Shown here: piece after piece, positions 38,241 to 51,675 of the stretch
Numbering within the stretch: the stretch's first letter is position 1
Layout: every line of letters starts with the position of its first letter
From: Mytilus edulis
Lineage: Eukaryota
Assembly: GCF_963676685.1 (NCBI RefSeq)
Contig: NC_092347.1
Span: forward strand, 19,282,001-19,346,000
Length of the DNA: 64,000 nucleotides
Reading direction: 5' to 3'
Notes under the pieces: generated by a model
Seen by the model: only the letters and a program-made list of their open reading frames with translations
The model's database searches: none
Told to the model about the DNA's origin: nothing
Translations under genes and position numbers: made by a program

Positions 38241-40749
38241 ACAACTCCAAAGAATAAATCATCATGTACGAGTACATCAAAGATCATCAAACTGTCTACC
38301 CCACATGCAAACATCTTTTTGGGAGTTCACTGTGTTGCAAGTTTTCTGGGTTCGAAGGATCGTATAAAATGATTGCCTTGGGGGTCATTGTCAAAATATA
38401 GAGCTGTGCATTGTAAAAAGCTAAATTATATAATTTGCAACAGCTGACACTATAGTATCCTATAGTGCACTGAAACCCTTGCCAATAACAATACCGTGAT
38501 GCTTGGTGTAGGCTTCTTTGCACATAAGAAACCATATTGCTCACCTTGTACTTTTTGTATTCTTCTAATCAGTATCGTCGGGTTTGTTTATTTACACCAG
38601 AAATCAATGAAGCGATGAAAGTGCTGGAAACGAAATTACATCTTCGGTAAATTCCGTGATTTTAATATTTTCTAATCAATATGTCCAAGCAATGAAAAAT
38701 AAATGGTTATTATTTTTATACATAGAGCATACGTTTTGTGTATTAACTATTTAAAATCTAAGCTTTATACGAAGAAATCTAACACAAAAGTATCTCAATC
38801 ATTTAACCGTTTTAATACGCAGTTTAAAGTGTAAATTATACATATTACTGTTCTATTTTTAGAGAATAGCAATAATACATAAATGTACAGTTTCTTACCA
38901 AAATAGCAACATAATTTCAAGATTAAATCATCAAATTGTCACATGATTATATAATCTGTACCAAATTGACAGTTTGTGGTGAGTTATCATCATAACTAAT
39001 CACTATAGCAAATGAACACGTTATCATAATATGTACCTATAACCTAGTATCATGATTTCAATCCGACCCCACTTACGGAAGCGTTGAACATATAATGCAT
39101 GCCACTCATTAATAGCCAATCAGACGTTAAAATGACCTTCATTTCCCCCATAATCATTCCGGAAACAGCCACGAAGCAGCCATTAGATAGTATTTATAAC
39201 CAATGAAATAACAGAAATACCGTTAACATATTTACCCGAACCTGACGTTTAGCCTCTGACTAATCAGACCGTATCACCATGGTGATACGGTAATAACAAT
39301 TATTAAAATCGTAAAACAGACAACATAAATACCTCGTAAAATATAATACCGCATCAAACATTTATAAAATTGCCTAGTTCTTTAAATATTGTCTGTACAG
39401 TTTTGTCATATGTATTTTCCATTTAACAGGCGCTGCAGTACTTTTACAGTCCTTTCCCTTTGTATTATCTAATTTGTTCTAATTACCTTAGAACATTGAA
39501 TACCTTCAAGCCTAGCATATGGACCTTTTCTATCCTTTCATTGTCTCATGGCATCAATATCATTGCACATCCAATTAACCGATCTTACTACATATAGTTA
39601 TACGTATCACCATATTAACAAAACCAGATGCGAGGGCTGTATAGCCAGTCAAGGTCATTAAAAGCTCCTATCATCATATCGACAAATGATAATTTCTTAC
39701 TTAAGAGTCAGTATTGTCGTAATGAGCATCTGGCGCAGAAACATGTATATCTTTAAAAGTTTAAGTACAAAATAGAAAGCTCAATTTGGACGATATTTGT
39801 CCTTTTTGAACAATAGAATATGTTTTAACTAATCTAAACGTTATTTGATACTAAAGTTGTCGTCTCACCACCGGAGTAAAAATATTATTATCCGTAAGGA
39901 GCCTTCTCTAATGAGATATATTGATACGAAATATGAAAACACAATTTAAAGTGCATTATTTTGACTTTAAAAAATCACGAATGACGATCTGATACACCAG
40001 CATGAGCAATTCTTGAATAGATCGTAAGCAGCAGACAAAAAAACGATACTAAATGTTTTTTCCCCATAATTACAGATGATAAAATTTCTGAAATTAAACG
40101 ATTAACAAAAGTTTTTTTTGACGGAACATGGATGATAGCAAATTAGTTATACTTAAATTTATTCACAGCCTGTTTAGACTATTGAAGATTCGAAGCTTGA
40201 GATATTTTTATAAAACTTGCCTGTTGTTAAAGATTGTATCATGCACCCTACCCTCTCTAGGTCTTTTTGGTTATTTTAATGACAGTGTCGTTGTCTTGCA
40301 GTCTCATTAACGAATATTTAACATCTGCATTCATTGTACTGAAATAGATTTCGTTTATAATACGCAATAACAACGGTGTTAGAGTGAAATATTCCTTTGA
40401 AAAAAATTCTGTTCATTTAATGAAAATACATATAATACTTTAACTGCTAAACATCAAACAGCTTCTCGAGGTTATGTAACGAAGGTATTATAAGTTTCTA
40501 TATTGAAAATAACCAGAACAATAGCAGGTCAAAACTTAAATAAAACATAATTACTGAAAAGAAATAGAACAGATGGTGATACGTTAAGGTCAACTGAATA
40601 TGTGGTTTTTGGTCCTTTTGAAGAGTTTGTTAAGTATGAAGTTTACTGTTGTGTCGAGAATGTGTGTTAACATGGTTTCAACCAGACAGTGTATAACATG
40701 CAATAACAGCCGAGCTTTAAAACTTCTCCTGTTTCGTTTCGAGTACATA

Positions 40750-40870
40750 CAATTCAATTCAATTCAATATTTTATTTACGTCTCACCTTATGTTTAAAAT
40801 TACACAATACATTTATAAAAGATACATTTTGTATACATAAGCCAATCTGTACAGATTTTTGAGAGACGAT
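40750..40870 (-). mobile_element. Possible 3' tail of a non-LTR retrotransposon
   Basis: Minus strand AATAAAATA(TTGAA)3 short tandem tail; no RT ORF recognised. Confidence 0.35.
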
Positions 40871-41124
40871 GATCAACTAAAACAATATGTATATGTACAT
40901 AATAAATATTAAACATGAATGGTAAAATTATACAACAAGTATTCAATTATTATTTACAATATAAAACTTCTCGACGTCTTTTGAGAATAAAATTACAGGT
41001 TTAAAAAATACAAATTGTGTATTTTTCAACATTGTACGTATTTTGTTTTCCTCGTGTAAATCGATGTTCAAGTTGAAATAAAGTTTTATAGTATTGCTTA
41101 AACGCAGTTTTTAGTACGACCTTT

Positions 41125-41274
41125 ATCGTATTGCTTAAACTCAGTTTAAATCGTATTGCTTAAACTCAGTTTAAATCGTATTGCTTAAACTCAGATTAAA
41201 TCGTATTGCTTAAACTCAGTTTAAATCGTATTGCTTAAACTCAGTTTAAATCGTATTGCTTAAACTCAGTTTAA
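41125..41274. repeat. 25-bp minisatellite x6 (ATCGTATTGCTTAAACTCAGTTTAA)
   Basis: Units at 41125, 41150, ... 41250 with degenerate flanking copies. Confidence 0.95.
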
Positions 41275-42113
41275 TTGTACGGCTTTTACATACTATTGCT
41301 TAAAGTCATCGGTTTTTTTTCTTCTTTTAAATATTCTGTAAATTGGACGATAACAGAATGCCAGTATGTGGTCTACATGTGTAAATGAATGAATCACTTC
41401 ACATGAATATAACATCTAGATGATAGACAATGCTTTTTCTAGCTAAAGCACGAAATGTGCTAATTGTGTAGCAAACAAATTGAAATACTGCTTGAAAATA
41501 TTGGGATTTCATATGACACCAGATTACGTAAAAAAAAATATGAAATGAACTCGGAATTGCAAAAGACATTTATTCACATTTGTATTTGTCTTGTATATAT
41601 AGAAAAATCGCAATAGTATGTTATGTAATTTACTGGTTTTTCTACTTCAAAGGAAATGTCTTATTTATTTTTACCATTTTATTTATTTCTTTTATGCATT
41701 GGAATGAAGGCTTTATTTAATCTCTTTGATAAATGAAAGAATTTTGTCGAGTTTATGATGTATGATAAATTTATGCATATTCCAATGTTATATGTTACAT
41801 TCAGTTTCAAGGCTCATATCATTAAACCGAAAAAAAAACACTTTGATAAATTCGAGATGTTGCGAGTATAAATTCCATTGCAAACAAAATATTTCTGGAA
41901 ACATCAATTTATTTAGATATGAAAATATCTTTAAGAATGTCTTTTAGAATTGTTAATACTTTAAGAATACTTTAAATATTAGAATCGTAAGTACTTTAAA
42001 CATACTTTATTAGAATTGTGAGTAATAAAAATTATTTTATGGAAATTAATGATGATGTGACAAATTATGATATTTTTCGCTTAAATACTTAATATTAAGT
42101 CCAACCGATTAGA

Positions 42114-42322
42114 TTGTGAGTCAGTCAACCCAGTACTATTATACAATACCTTACATATCCTTTAGTTTGTGAGTCAGTCAACCCAGTACTATTATACAAT
42201 ACCTTACATATCCTTTAGTTTGTGAGTCATTCAACCCAGTACTATTATACAATACCTTACATATCCTTTAGTTTGTGAGTCGGTCAACGGAGTACTATTA
42301 TACAATACCTTACATATCCTTT
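42114..42322. repeat. 53-bp tandem repeat x~4
   Basis: TTGTGAGTCAGTCAACCCAGTACTATTATACAATACCTTACATATCCTTTAGT at 42114, 42167, 42220, 42273. Confidence 0.95.
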
Positions 42323-45300
42323 TTGTTATTTGCAAGGAAAACTAAATGAAAACATTTCTCTATAGTAAGTTTTCACACACTGTCATACAAATAAGAGGTT
42401 TACCTAAATATAAAAGTAAATTAAATCCACCATTTTCTACATATGAAATGCCTATACCAAGTCAGGAATATAACAGTTGTTATCCATTTGTTTGGTGTGT
42501 TTCAGCTTTTGCTTTTGCCATTTGAATAGGGACTTTCCTTTTTGAATTTTCCTCAAAGTGCAGTATTTTTGTGATTTTACTTCGTGACACTCAAAACAAG
42601 ATAGCACAGTTAACATGGAGGTGTTTATCGACAGAAACTACCTTTGAGGGTATCGTAAGGTCGGGATGTCAATGAAGTCTTTTGCTGTATTGAATTGTAA
42701 AGTAGCAGAACATAAAAGATCTTATTTTCTATTAAGTCAGCAAAATTTAATGCGGATATGCCATTAAAAAATGTGAATTGTCATTACATTTAACAAATTT
42801 GTCTTATTGTGACTTATCAATAACTAATTTGTTTTTAGAAACATGAAAGAACTCATATAATAATAGTTTAATTTCTTAAGGAATCTACATGATTTTTTTC
42901 TACGTTATGTTATAGCAAAAAAACCGACGATGACCCCACTTTTGCTTTCGATGTTCTAAAAACATTTTCTAAGAGCTATATTACCTACTATTCATATAAA
43001 TGATGCTTTTCACTTTAAAACCAATATACAAAATTCATTTTATTCACAACCTGTGGCTTATAAGAAAAAATCAACGACCTATCGTTTTAATTATATTTTT
43101 TAACATACCACAATATATACTACAAAGTATGAAAACATTCTATCATTTTACGTTTATACTACAATACCACTTCAATTTGGACACATACTTGATACTCAGT
43201 AATTTATTGATCTTATATTAACACCTACGCACGCTTTATCGTTTTGCTGCTAATAAATCTCTCTTTCTTAAGATTTACAATAACTTAGACCATTCGAGTT
43301 AACCTTAAATACAAATGTCCCTTTAGAGTACAACAACAATAAAATCACCATTCATGATTCGTTATTGTATTCATTAGGAACTTTCTAGCCAAAGCATTAT
43401 TCTTATCGTTCATATTACCCGACTTAGGAACCTTCTATCCAAAGCCTGTATTCTTATTTGGAAACTCGTTTCCCGTAAATTATGTGAATGATTTGTAGAA
43501 GATTTGTTCGTTTCAATAAAAGACAGGTTTATGAAAGCATTGTTACTGATATAATCGAATATGGTATATATGATAAAACTCCGAGACAAACACATTTGGA
43601 TCTGGATGTATTTCATTCCGCTACTTCTAACTATAGAATAGTCTCATCTTGACAAATAATAGATCTTGATTATACCTTTAGACAGACTTTATGTGCGGCA
43701 AAAATATATCTATTGTTGTAGGATTTCCCCTTAAACCACATTTTGATATGACAAATGGCTTTCCATACACACAAACGTCTCAAACAGTTTTCGGTAATGA
43801 ATGATTAAGATTACGCAGAAAACTTTTTATAATGGACTATCTATTCTGGTTAAAATATATCGTTGTAAAATAAAAAGCGTCATGAACGTCAGGTCGAAAC
43901 AATAAATATAACTATGTCTATAGCAAGATGTCTTAGACTACAGAAAAGTAAAAGAAAGATTTATATATTCATTTGTCTCAGATCTTTATGATTTATTTAC
44001 GAAAATATATCCACCTTCTAAATTTTAAATGAAACAAAACGAATACTGATTTAACAAACTTTATTTTAAATAATGACAGCCACAACTCTGAATAAGTTCA
44101 TGCATCTGAAAGCATCGGATTATAACCGATTGCATATGACATACTTTTGCTTCTTTTAAAGTTGGAACCCTAAACTTATCAAAGACAAAAAAGAGCCATA
44201 ACACATTAACGTATTCGTAAGCTTTTCGGCGGATGCTGCTGTTTACACACAATTACACGTGCATTTCTTTTTCTATTTAGGTTCGTGTTGTTAAAAAGAA
44301 CTCTTTTATTGTCTCTTTTAAATTCATTTATCAGAACGGTCTAAATTTTTGATTAAAATATTATTGTAAATCGTACGTTGACGTCGAGATGTCGGGATGT
44401 CTCTATCCGTCTTACAGTGTAATTGTGTTATCTTACTATAATTGTTTAATTCATTTTGCAAAATAAAAGGCAGGAATTTTCAAATGTTTCCCAAGCGAAC
44501 ATAAATATTATTAAGCAAATTATGACAGGCTTTAATCAGTTCTTTGCATGTCGAAATGGAAAATTGTTTTGTAAGTTTGATTACTGAAAAAATGAATTGT
44601 TATGCTATCAGCAGATAATGTGACACCAATATCTATTGAAAAACGATTTTAATATGGTGGAAAACTTTCTCTGATAAGATTGCATATAGTAGTGTAGTAC
44701 ATAGGGTACACAAATCATAACCTATATTGGTGGTAAACTGACTTTACAAGTTTTGTAACTCATTCAACACTCTCAGAGAGTTTTTCTCACTCAAGAACAA
44801 TAGTAACGCTAATAACATAATCTTTGTCACATTATGATCCCACAAACAGCTCTTCTTTTCGAACTTTCGCTAGCTGGTATGATACATAATGTACAGTTTC
44901 CTTGTTTAACTCATGGTTACAAACACTCATTTGGAACCTTGTGCTGTTCAGCTGAGCAATTTTCAATTCAATTGTAGTTGAATACTGTTCACTTACAATC
45001 TTATCTACAGTAAGGAAAATATTCAAGGCTGTCATCTAACTTCTGTGTATTTTAGTAAAACACTTTCAGGTAAATAAATCTTAGAAAGTAGACGATATTT
45101 CGATTGTTTCTGCAAAACCGTCATCTTTGACTATGTGAAGGTCTTTTGAAAAAACAAGATCAAAATATATCTAATCTGTACATATAATTATAACCGTCTA
45201 AAATGACTTATAGCGGTGTGGTAATCAATATCGGCGTCGAAAAATTGCACGTGATTATCACCGCAAAAGAGCTCACACACGAAACTCAGTAGCAAATTTT

Positions 45301-48300
45301 CATTTGAATTTCACATGTATGAATTGAGATTTGAATTAATCTCACATGAACTTTACAAAAACAACAAAATGTTTTTTTTAAATTAAGTTGTTAATATTTG
45401 ATAAACTTTATTGTGAAATTAACGCGAGTCTTACGTATGATAGTAAAAACAAAGTCTATGGGATATTAGCTCGTTTGATTTGAAATTCATGTGAATTGCA
45501 CTTGAATCTTAATTCACATGATATTCACACTAAGGAAATTATCTTTATTCGGATGTTTAGTAAAAGTCTCGTGTATTTGTTTAGATTGAAACCAGATTAA
45601 CATGGGGCTGTGACAATTATAGTAACGCAGTGACATCGAATGGTTGTAAGACCTTAGTCGACAGTGTACATGTAAGCCTATCAAGGTCAAATAGGTTATA
45701 TCTGTACATCGAATTATTTCATTCTAGAATTACTTGTAGCGGTGTTGATTTTAACATCGCCTTATTTTAAAGTCACTTTCAGAGAAAATCTTAAATATAA
45801 AAAAACGGAAATAATTTCATACTTTGGAACTGGGGAATTTTTGACAAAGATACCTCCCGAACGATCAATCAACTTATGACAACTAAGGCGTATGACGGGG
45901 TACTATACAGACAGTGCAAAGTTGTATGCAACAACCTGTTTAATAATTAGAATTGTCACAAACTGTACATTTCCCCCTAGAGTATCTTAAAAATTTATAT
46001 GTTAACAATGGAATAATTGAAATATGAACCGCTTAGTATAAGACGGATTAAGCAATTTAGTAATATTGCTAACTAATATAGTTATGCAATATAATAATGA
46101 TCTTTTGCACAGTATCGATAAAAATATTTGAAAGGGTCTGATAAGTCACTGAAATGGGATTTCACAAATTATCTTTCTACATGTCTGATAATGAAGAACA
46201 TTTTTGTTTGATCTTTCAGTAAAAACAACGCTTGGTCTTTATTTACAAACTGAACTTAGCTTAAATTAAAAATTGAAACATGCAAATATACAGGTCAGCC
46301 AGAAATTGAAAAGTATTTTTAAATTATCAGAAGGTTAACCGGAGAAAGACAAACAATTTTATATAGACATTCTAAATTTCTTATCAAATACAAGAAAAGC
46401 AGTTGTAAATCATAAACAATATCAAGAGAGCAAACCTATGAAAAACAGAAAATATAACAAAGAAAAATGTCCAAAAACCACTACACAAAATTGAAGATTG
46501 GGTAAACCGAACCACGGCATAACAAGGGAAGACTGCACGTGTTACGAAGATTCACGTTACATATCTCTGTTATATCTATATCTTGTTTAGATTTTGATTT
46601 AAAAGTAAAGTTAACAATATTTATTATTCGTTAGGTATTTACAGTTTTTTCTTCTTTTTTGCTCGTCATGTAAAGAGGTTTCTGACATAAAAATAAGTTT
46701 ACAAAGGTATAATTATGTCTAATTTAATACTATCAAGATACTTTTTAAAGATATGTAGACTTGAAATAATTGATTACAGTTTGTTTATTCGAATATTGCA
46801 TTGCCTATAAAACCCTACCTTGCATATTTCATTATTCATGTTGTAACAAACCGATGGAAGTAATACAACTTGATCTATCAAATCAAATAAGTAAACAATA
46901 AAGAATACTGAGGCTGAGTTGCAAAAACACAAGGGTATTACTTAGTCCCGACACATTATCGCGGGAAAATAAAACCATTATATCTTGAAGGATTGGTAAA
47001 TGATGACGTAGATACTCAGTTTTATAACGCTTCTTCTCTTTCTATATATATTATGCAAACAGCTTAATTTTTCCGAAGTTCGCTGGACCGAAATGTAATG
47101 TCTCTTAATATTGTGTTATGTAGACATATTACGTAATGCTATTTTAAATAATTAGGTTTGCCAGCTTAATTGACGCATCACTTAGCATGAATAAATATGA
47201 AAGCGTATGTTAGTCGCCAATTTGTCAAATAGAACTATACTTTCGTTCGTCACACAAGTCATGTTTGTTAAAAATCGTTTTGTAAGATAATTCCAACTTC
47301 TTCACTTTGTACAGCGTAATTGGTCTGTTTATTTGATTATTGTAATCTGAATGAAATGACATGTGCAAAGTGTGCATTGATCTGATCATCAGTTTAATCA
47401 AACTCGTTTGGTTTAATGTTCGTATCCTGGTTTTCTTAACCATATGAAGACTGTCACAGCAAACGGACGAAAGAAGAATATCAAATCGAGTACTAGTAGT
47501 CCTTTAATAGAGTTTTCTGTATAAGAATGTGGAAAATTACTTTTCGTTTATTGACATATTACAAGTGTAATGAGAACGAAATAAGTAATTTAGATTTAAA
47601 TGATGATTCTGCAATGATAACACAGCAAGTGTACAAACCCAATTAACCACATTTTCGGGATTCGAGAGATTCATAATTCCGGATATATACAAAAAAACTG
47701 TCGGTTATATCTCTCATATTTGTCGTTTTAAATGAGTTTGGATGTCCCTTTGGTATATGTCGCTTTATTTTAAATATCATATACACAGTAAATATTTAGG
47801 TGCAGATACAACGCACCTCTAGAAATGCCTTTATCAACAATAATATTTTATTATGCAATATTACTCTGGACGAGGGAAAATGCAAATCTGGTTTTGGGAA
47901 AGAGTTTTCGGGCTCTCTCTCTCTGAAATTGAAACAACAGTGTCTGATTATATTTCACCTTACGAGTTTCTTATCATAATCATAATAATGAAAGTAAAAC
48001 TATTGAACCAATGCATGCATATATACTAAGCTAAGTACTCTATTATCTATATACACATTGTTTCTTTATGCTTTTATTACGATGCATAACGTATAAACAA
48101 CAAACATTATTACCTAATAAAGAGTATTTTACTGTTTTATTAATATTTCTATATCATTTGCTATTGTTCTGCAATTTTTTTGTTCCATGGTCTATTCCAC
48201 TGGAAATTATCGTTCTATTGCACTTGTGTGCAGCCTATTGCACTGACCTGTTATGACCTCTTATTCTGAAATCTGATTAGTTGAAAGGTATTCATGTTGT

Positions 48301-48526
48301 CCAATCAAATTGGAACTGACTCAGTATTTATTAAGTAATATAACAGTTATTGAATGTGTAACAGTGAAATAGATCAAAATGTATTTCCCTCGGTATGAAG
48401 ATCAGCCGTTGGCTTTGGGCAATAGAACAATGAGCTGATCTTCATACCTCGGGAAATATATTTTGATCTATTGCATAGTTAGATATCAAATAACTGTATA
48501 ATATTTCATTCAGTGAACGCTGATCA

Positions 48527-48909
48527 AATAAAATTGAGAATTGAAATGGGGAATGTGTCAAAGGGACAACAACCCGACCATAGAGCAGACAACAGCAGAA
48601 GGTCACCAACAGGTCTTCAATGCAGCGAGAAATTCCCGCACCCGGAAGCGTCCTTCTCAGCTGGTCCCTAAACAAAATATATATATACTAGTTCAGTGAT
48701 AATGAACGCCATACTAAACTCCAAATTGTACACAAAAAACTAAAATTAAAAATAACACAAAACTAACAAAGGCCAGGCTCCTGACTTGGGACAGGCGCAA
48801 AAATTCAGCGGGGTTTAACATTGTTATGAGATCTCCCCCTCCCCCTATACCTCTAGCAAATTCAGAAAAGTAAACATATAACAATACGCACATTAAAATT
48901 CAGTTCAAG
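48527..48909 (+). repeat. Dispersed repeat family E, long copy
   Basis: AATAAAATTGAGAAT..AAATGGGGAATGTGTCAAAG.GACAACAACCCGACC head also at ~53-120 and ~34906-34934; contains the GGCTCCTGACTTGGGACAGGC core shared with family A. Confidence 0.8.
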
Positions 48910-49266
48910 TACAAGATTTTGAACTTGATAAATAATCAAACATAGAATCAATCATACAGCACATAACATATGAGCGAGTTGATAGAGCGATGTCAATCCC
49001 ATGTTTTCCATGAGTTTTTATGTTGATTTAAACTTTGTAATAATAAATTATTTTGCGAATTAATTCTTCTTTCAGAAACGTTTCTTTATTTTTTTCCCCT
49101 CACAGTTTCCCTCACTCTTGCGCTGAGCGGCTTCCGCAGTTCTTACGAGAGGTTATGTGGTTAAAGTCACTGCATGTGGAAAATCATTCTGCGAATAGGA
49201 ATATGGCGGGAAGACAATGATTCAATAATAGTACATTTCACAAGATATTTTTTTTACAATTTTTAA

Positions 49267-49538
49267 GGTGGTACCAAACACTTTCACTAAAATTAATTTG
49301 GCTCGTTTAATTTTCATAAAATTTTGTCAAAGTATTAACTTTGAGACTTTAATAAAAATATAAAAATTTAAAATTTTTTGAATCAACCGTTTTGTCAGAA
49401 AAAATACACTGGTTATATAGCAATTTGACAAACACCAATTTTGATCATTGAGAAGCTTCCTTTCCTTTTACAACACAACGTAATTAAAACGTTTACCTGA
49501 TTTTACAGGGTTACCTCCCTGTAGTGTTAGGTACCATC
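49267..49538. mobile_element. 272-bp MITE with TTAA TSD
   Basis: TTAA|GGTGGTACCAAACACT ... AGTGTTAGGTACCATC|TTAA; 14/16 TIR. Confidence 0.85.
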
Positions 49539-50913
49539 TTAAGTTCATTTACACTTGATTTATAGTAACACTTAGCCTTTCAGGTAAATAAACATATTGA
49601 ACTTTTTTTTTTAAATTGAACTTTCATATGACTTTATCTAGTTCATTAACTTCAGATAATATTTGATTGATATCTAAATGACATTCTACATGAGGGGGGT
49701 AATGAATGGATAACGTTAACAGTTTATCAAAATGTGGATAGTCTTCTTAGAAAAAACTGTATGTAGGGTGATGTATCATGTACAAAAGGACATATACGAA
49801 AAATATACTTATTAAAGAAGATGGTGGGAAAACAGACAGTGTAAATACAATGGAATAATGTTTCCCACAGGAAGGTGTTTGGGAACGTCCAATACAACAT
49901 TACACAATTCTACTTCCGTTGTATCATAGTAGTTCATGAAATAAATCAAAAACGTTTACACAGATTTTATTTCATATCATCATATTTAACTAATAGTTTG
50001 CATTCGAAACTGCCATTATAGAATCAGCAATACTTTTTCAATTCTTTTTAATGGCTTATCTATCATATTGTCATACATTAACAAGTGGAATTTATCATAT
50101 AAATGGTTTTATGAGAGGAACATTCCTACTTTGTTAGATATACAATGCTCTATAAATACAATCAAATCACTTTAGCAGTAGAAATATAAGTTGTTAACAG
50201 CGTTATAGTTTCCGAGTTTTAAGATCAGTTCTAACATGTCTAATAGGTATCTTATCTGATGCTGATATTTAGTTCTGTAGTTTTATAAATTTATTTACGA
50301 TTTATTGAACTTTATTGGTATAGGAAGATGTGGCGTGAGTGCCAATGTTTACATTTGAATATATAGTATGAAATACGTGAAGCCTCTAATTGAAATAAAA
50401 CGTACATATGTTTTCATTGTGTATCTTTGCTTGTTGACCATGTACATTTATTTGTATTTGTTTTTTTTATCTTAGTCTTATGAAATATGAATTAGATCTT
50501 CTGTTCTTCGAGTATTTTTTTTTTATAACATTGAGTGATTTATTAATGCAAATACCATTACTATTTGTCTAAAATGTCCAGTGTTTCACATAAAATGCTT
50601 GTCTTATTTATATAATATAAATCAAATCCTTTTCCAGAAATAACAGTGCTATTTTGTTTAATATATCATGGTATGGTTTAAAAACATATTCTCATTTTAT
50701 ATTTTTTTATAAACGAAAACGAGGATTAATTAGTTAAATAAGATAAAGGGAATATTTGAGATAAACACAAATGTTGCAACAACATAACAAAAAAAAACAA
50801 AAACACCCCATCTTGAAATATAAACAAATGGAGATGTGAGGAATATAACAATGATAAGATAGCAACAACAGACAAATATAACCAAAAGACATTGAGAGGG
50901 CAACGTATTGTTT

Positions 50914-51089
50914 TTATTAATAAATATATGTCTGTAATAGATATCAACCTTATCAATAGATATATGTCTGTAATAGATATCAACTTTATCAATAGATATA
51001 TGTCTGTAATAGATATCAACCTTATCAATAGATATCTGTAATAGATATCAACCTTATCAATAGATATCTGTAATAGATATCAACGTTAT
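50914..51089. repeat. 36/32-bp minisatellite x~5
   Basis: TCTGTAATAGATATCAAC at 50931, 50967, 51003, 51035, 51067. Confidence 0.92.
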
Positions 51090-51185
51090 ACTTTCCTAAT
51101 CATCGATACTATGTTTTATCATTGTCAATAAACTGATAATTGTATTTTTCATTCTAGGCTTAATTTGAGTATGTTTGTTTTTCAG

Positions 51186-51356
51186 TTTTAAGTCAATACC
51201 TTAACGAAGAACTAGTAGTCACTGATTTTGTCAAATGTGAAGGAAAAGACGTTTTTCATTGTGACGATACACAAGCAGAGTGTATATCTAAAGATAAAAT
51301 ATGTAATGGTGTAAATGAATGTAGTACAGGGCGAGACGAAAGTGTGGAGGAATGTG
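51186..51356 (+). CDS. Exon encoding LDL-receptor class A module 1
   Basis: TTTTTCAG acceptor, phase 1-1, 171 nt: LSQYLNEELVVTDFVKCEGKDVFHCDDTQAECISKDKICNGVNECSTGRDESVEEC, G|GTAAGT donor; six cysteines and acidic motif. Missed by the ORF track. Confidence 0.88.
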
Positions 51357-51444
51357 GTAAGTGTAAAGGGCGAGACGAAAGTGTGAAGGAATGTGGTAAG
51401 TATAAAGGGCGAGACGAAAGTGTGGAGGAATGTGGTTAGTGTAA
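51328..51444 (+). repeat. 39-bp x3 tandem duplication spanning exon end and splice donor
   Basis: AGGGCGAGACGAAAGTGTGRAGGAATGTGGTWAGTRTAA at 51328, 51367, 51406. Confidence 0.95.
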
Positions 51445-51452
51445 ACAATATG

Positions 51453-51675
51453 GAAGTACAATCACAAAAATACTGAACTCCGAGGAAAATTCAAAACGGA
51501 TATTCCCTAATCAAATGGCAAAATCAATAGCTCAAACACATGACACACATGAAACGAATGGATAATGACTGTCATATTCCTGACTTGGTACAGGCATTTT
51601 CTTATGTAGAAAATGGTGGATAAAACCTGGTTTTATAGCTAGCTAAACCTCTCACTTGTATGACAGTAGCATCAA
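51453..51675 (+). repeat. Dispersed repeat family B copy
   Basis: Matches 4742-4875 and, in reverse, 42380-42582. Confidence 0.85.

Noticed and set aside
38296-38544. 82-aa minus-strand ORF in GC-richer patch
   Set aside because: No recognisable domain in any frame; may be decayed coding or TE sequence but unsupported.
49105-49222. GC-richer stretch after a strong polypyrimidine/CAG acceptor-like site
   Set aside because: No convincing donor or recognisable peptide; cannot be supported as an exon.
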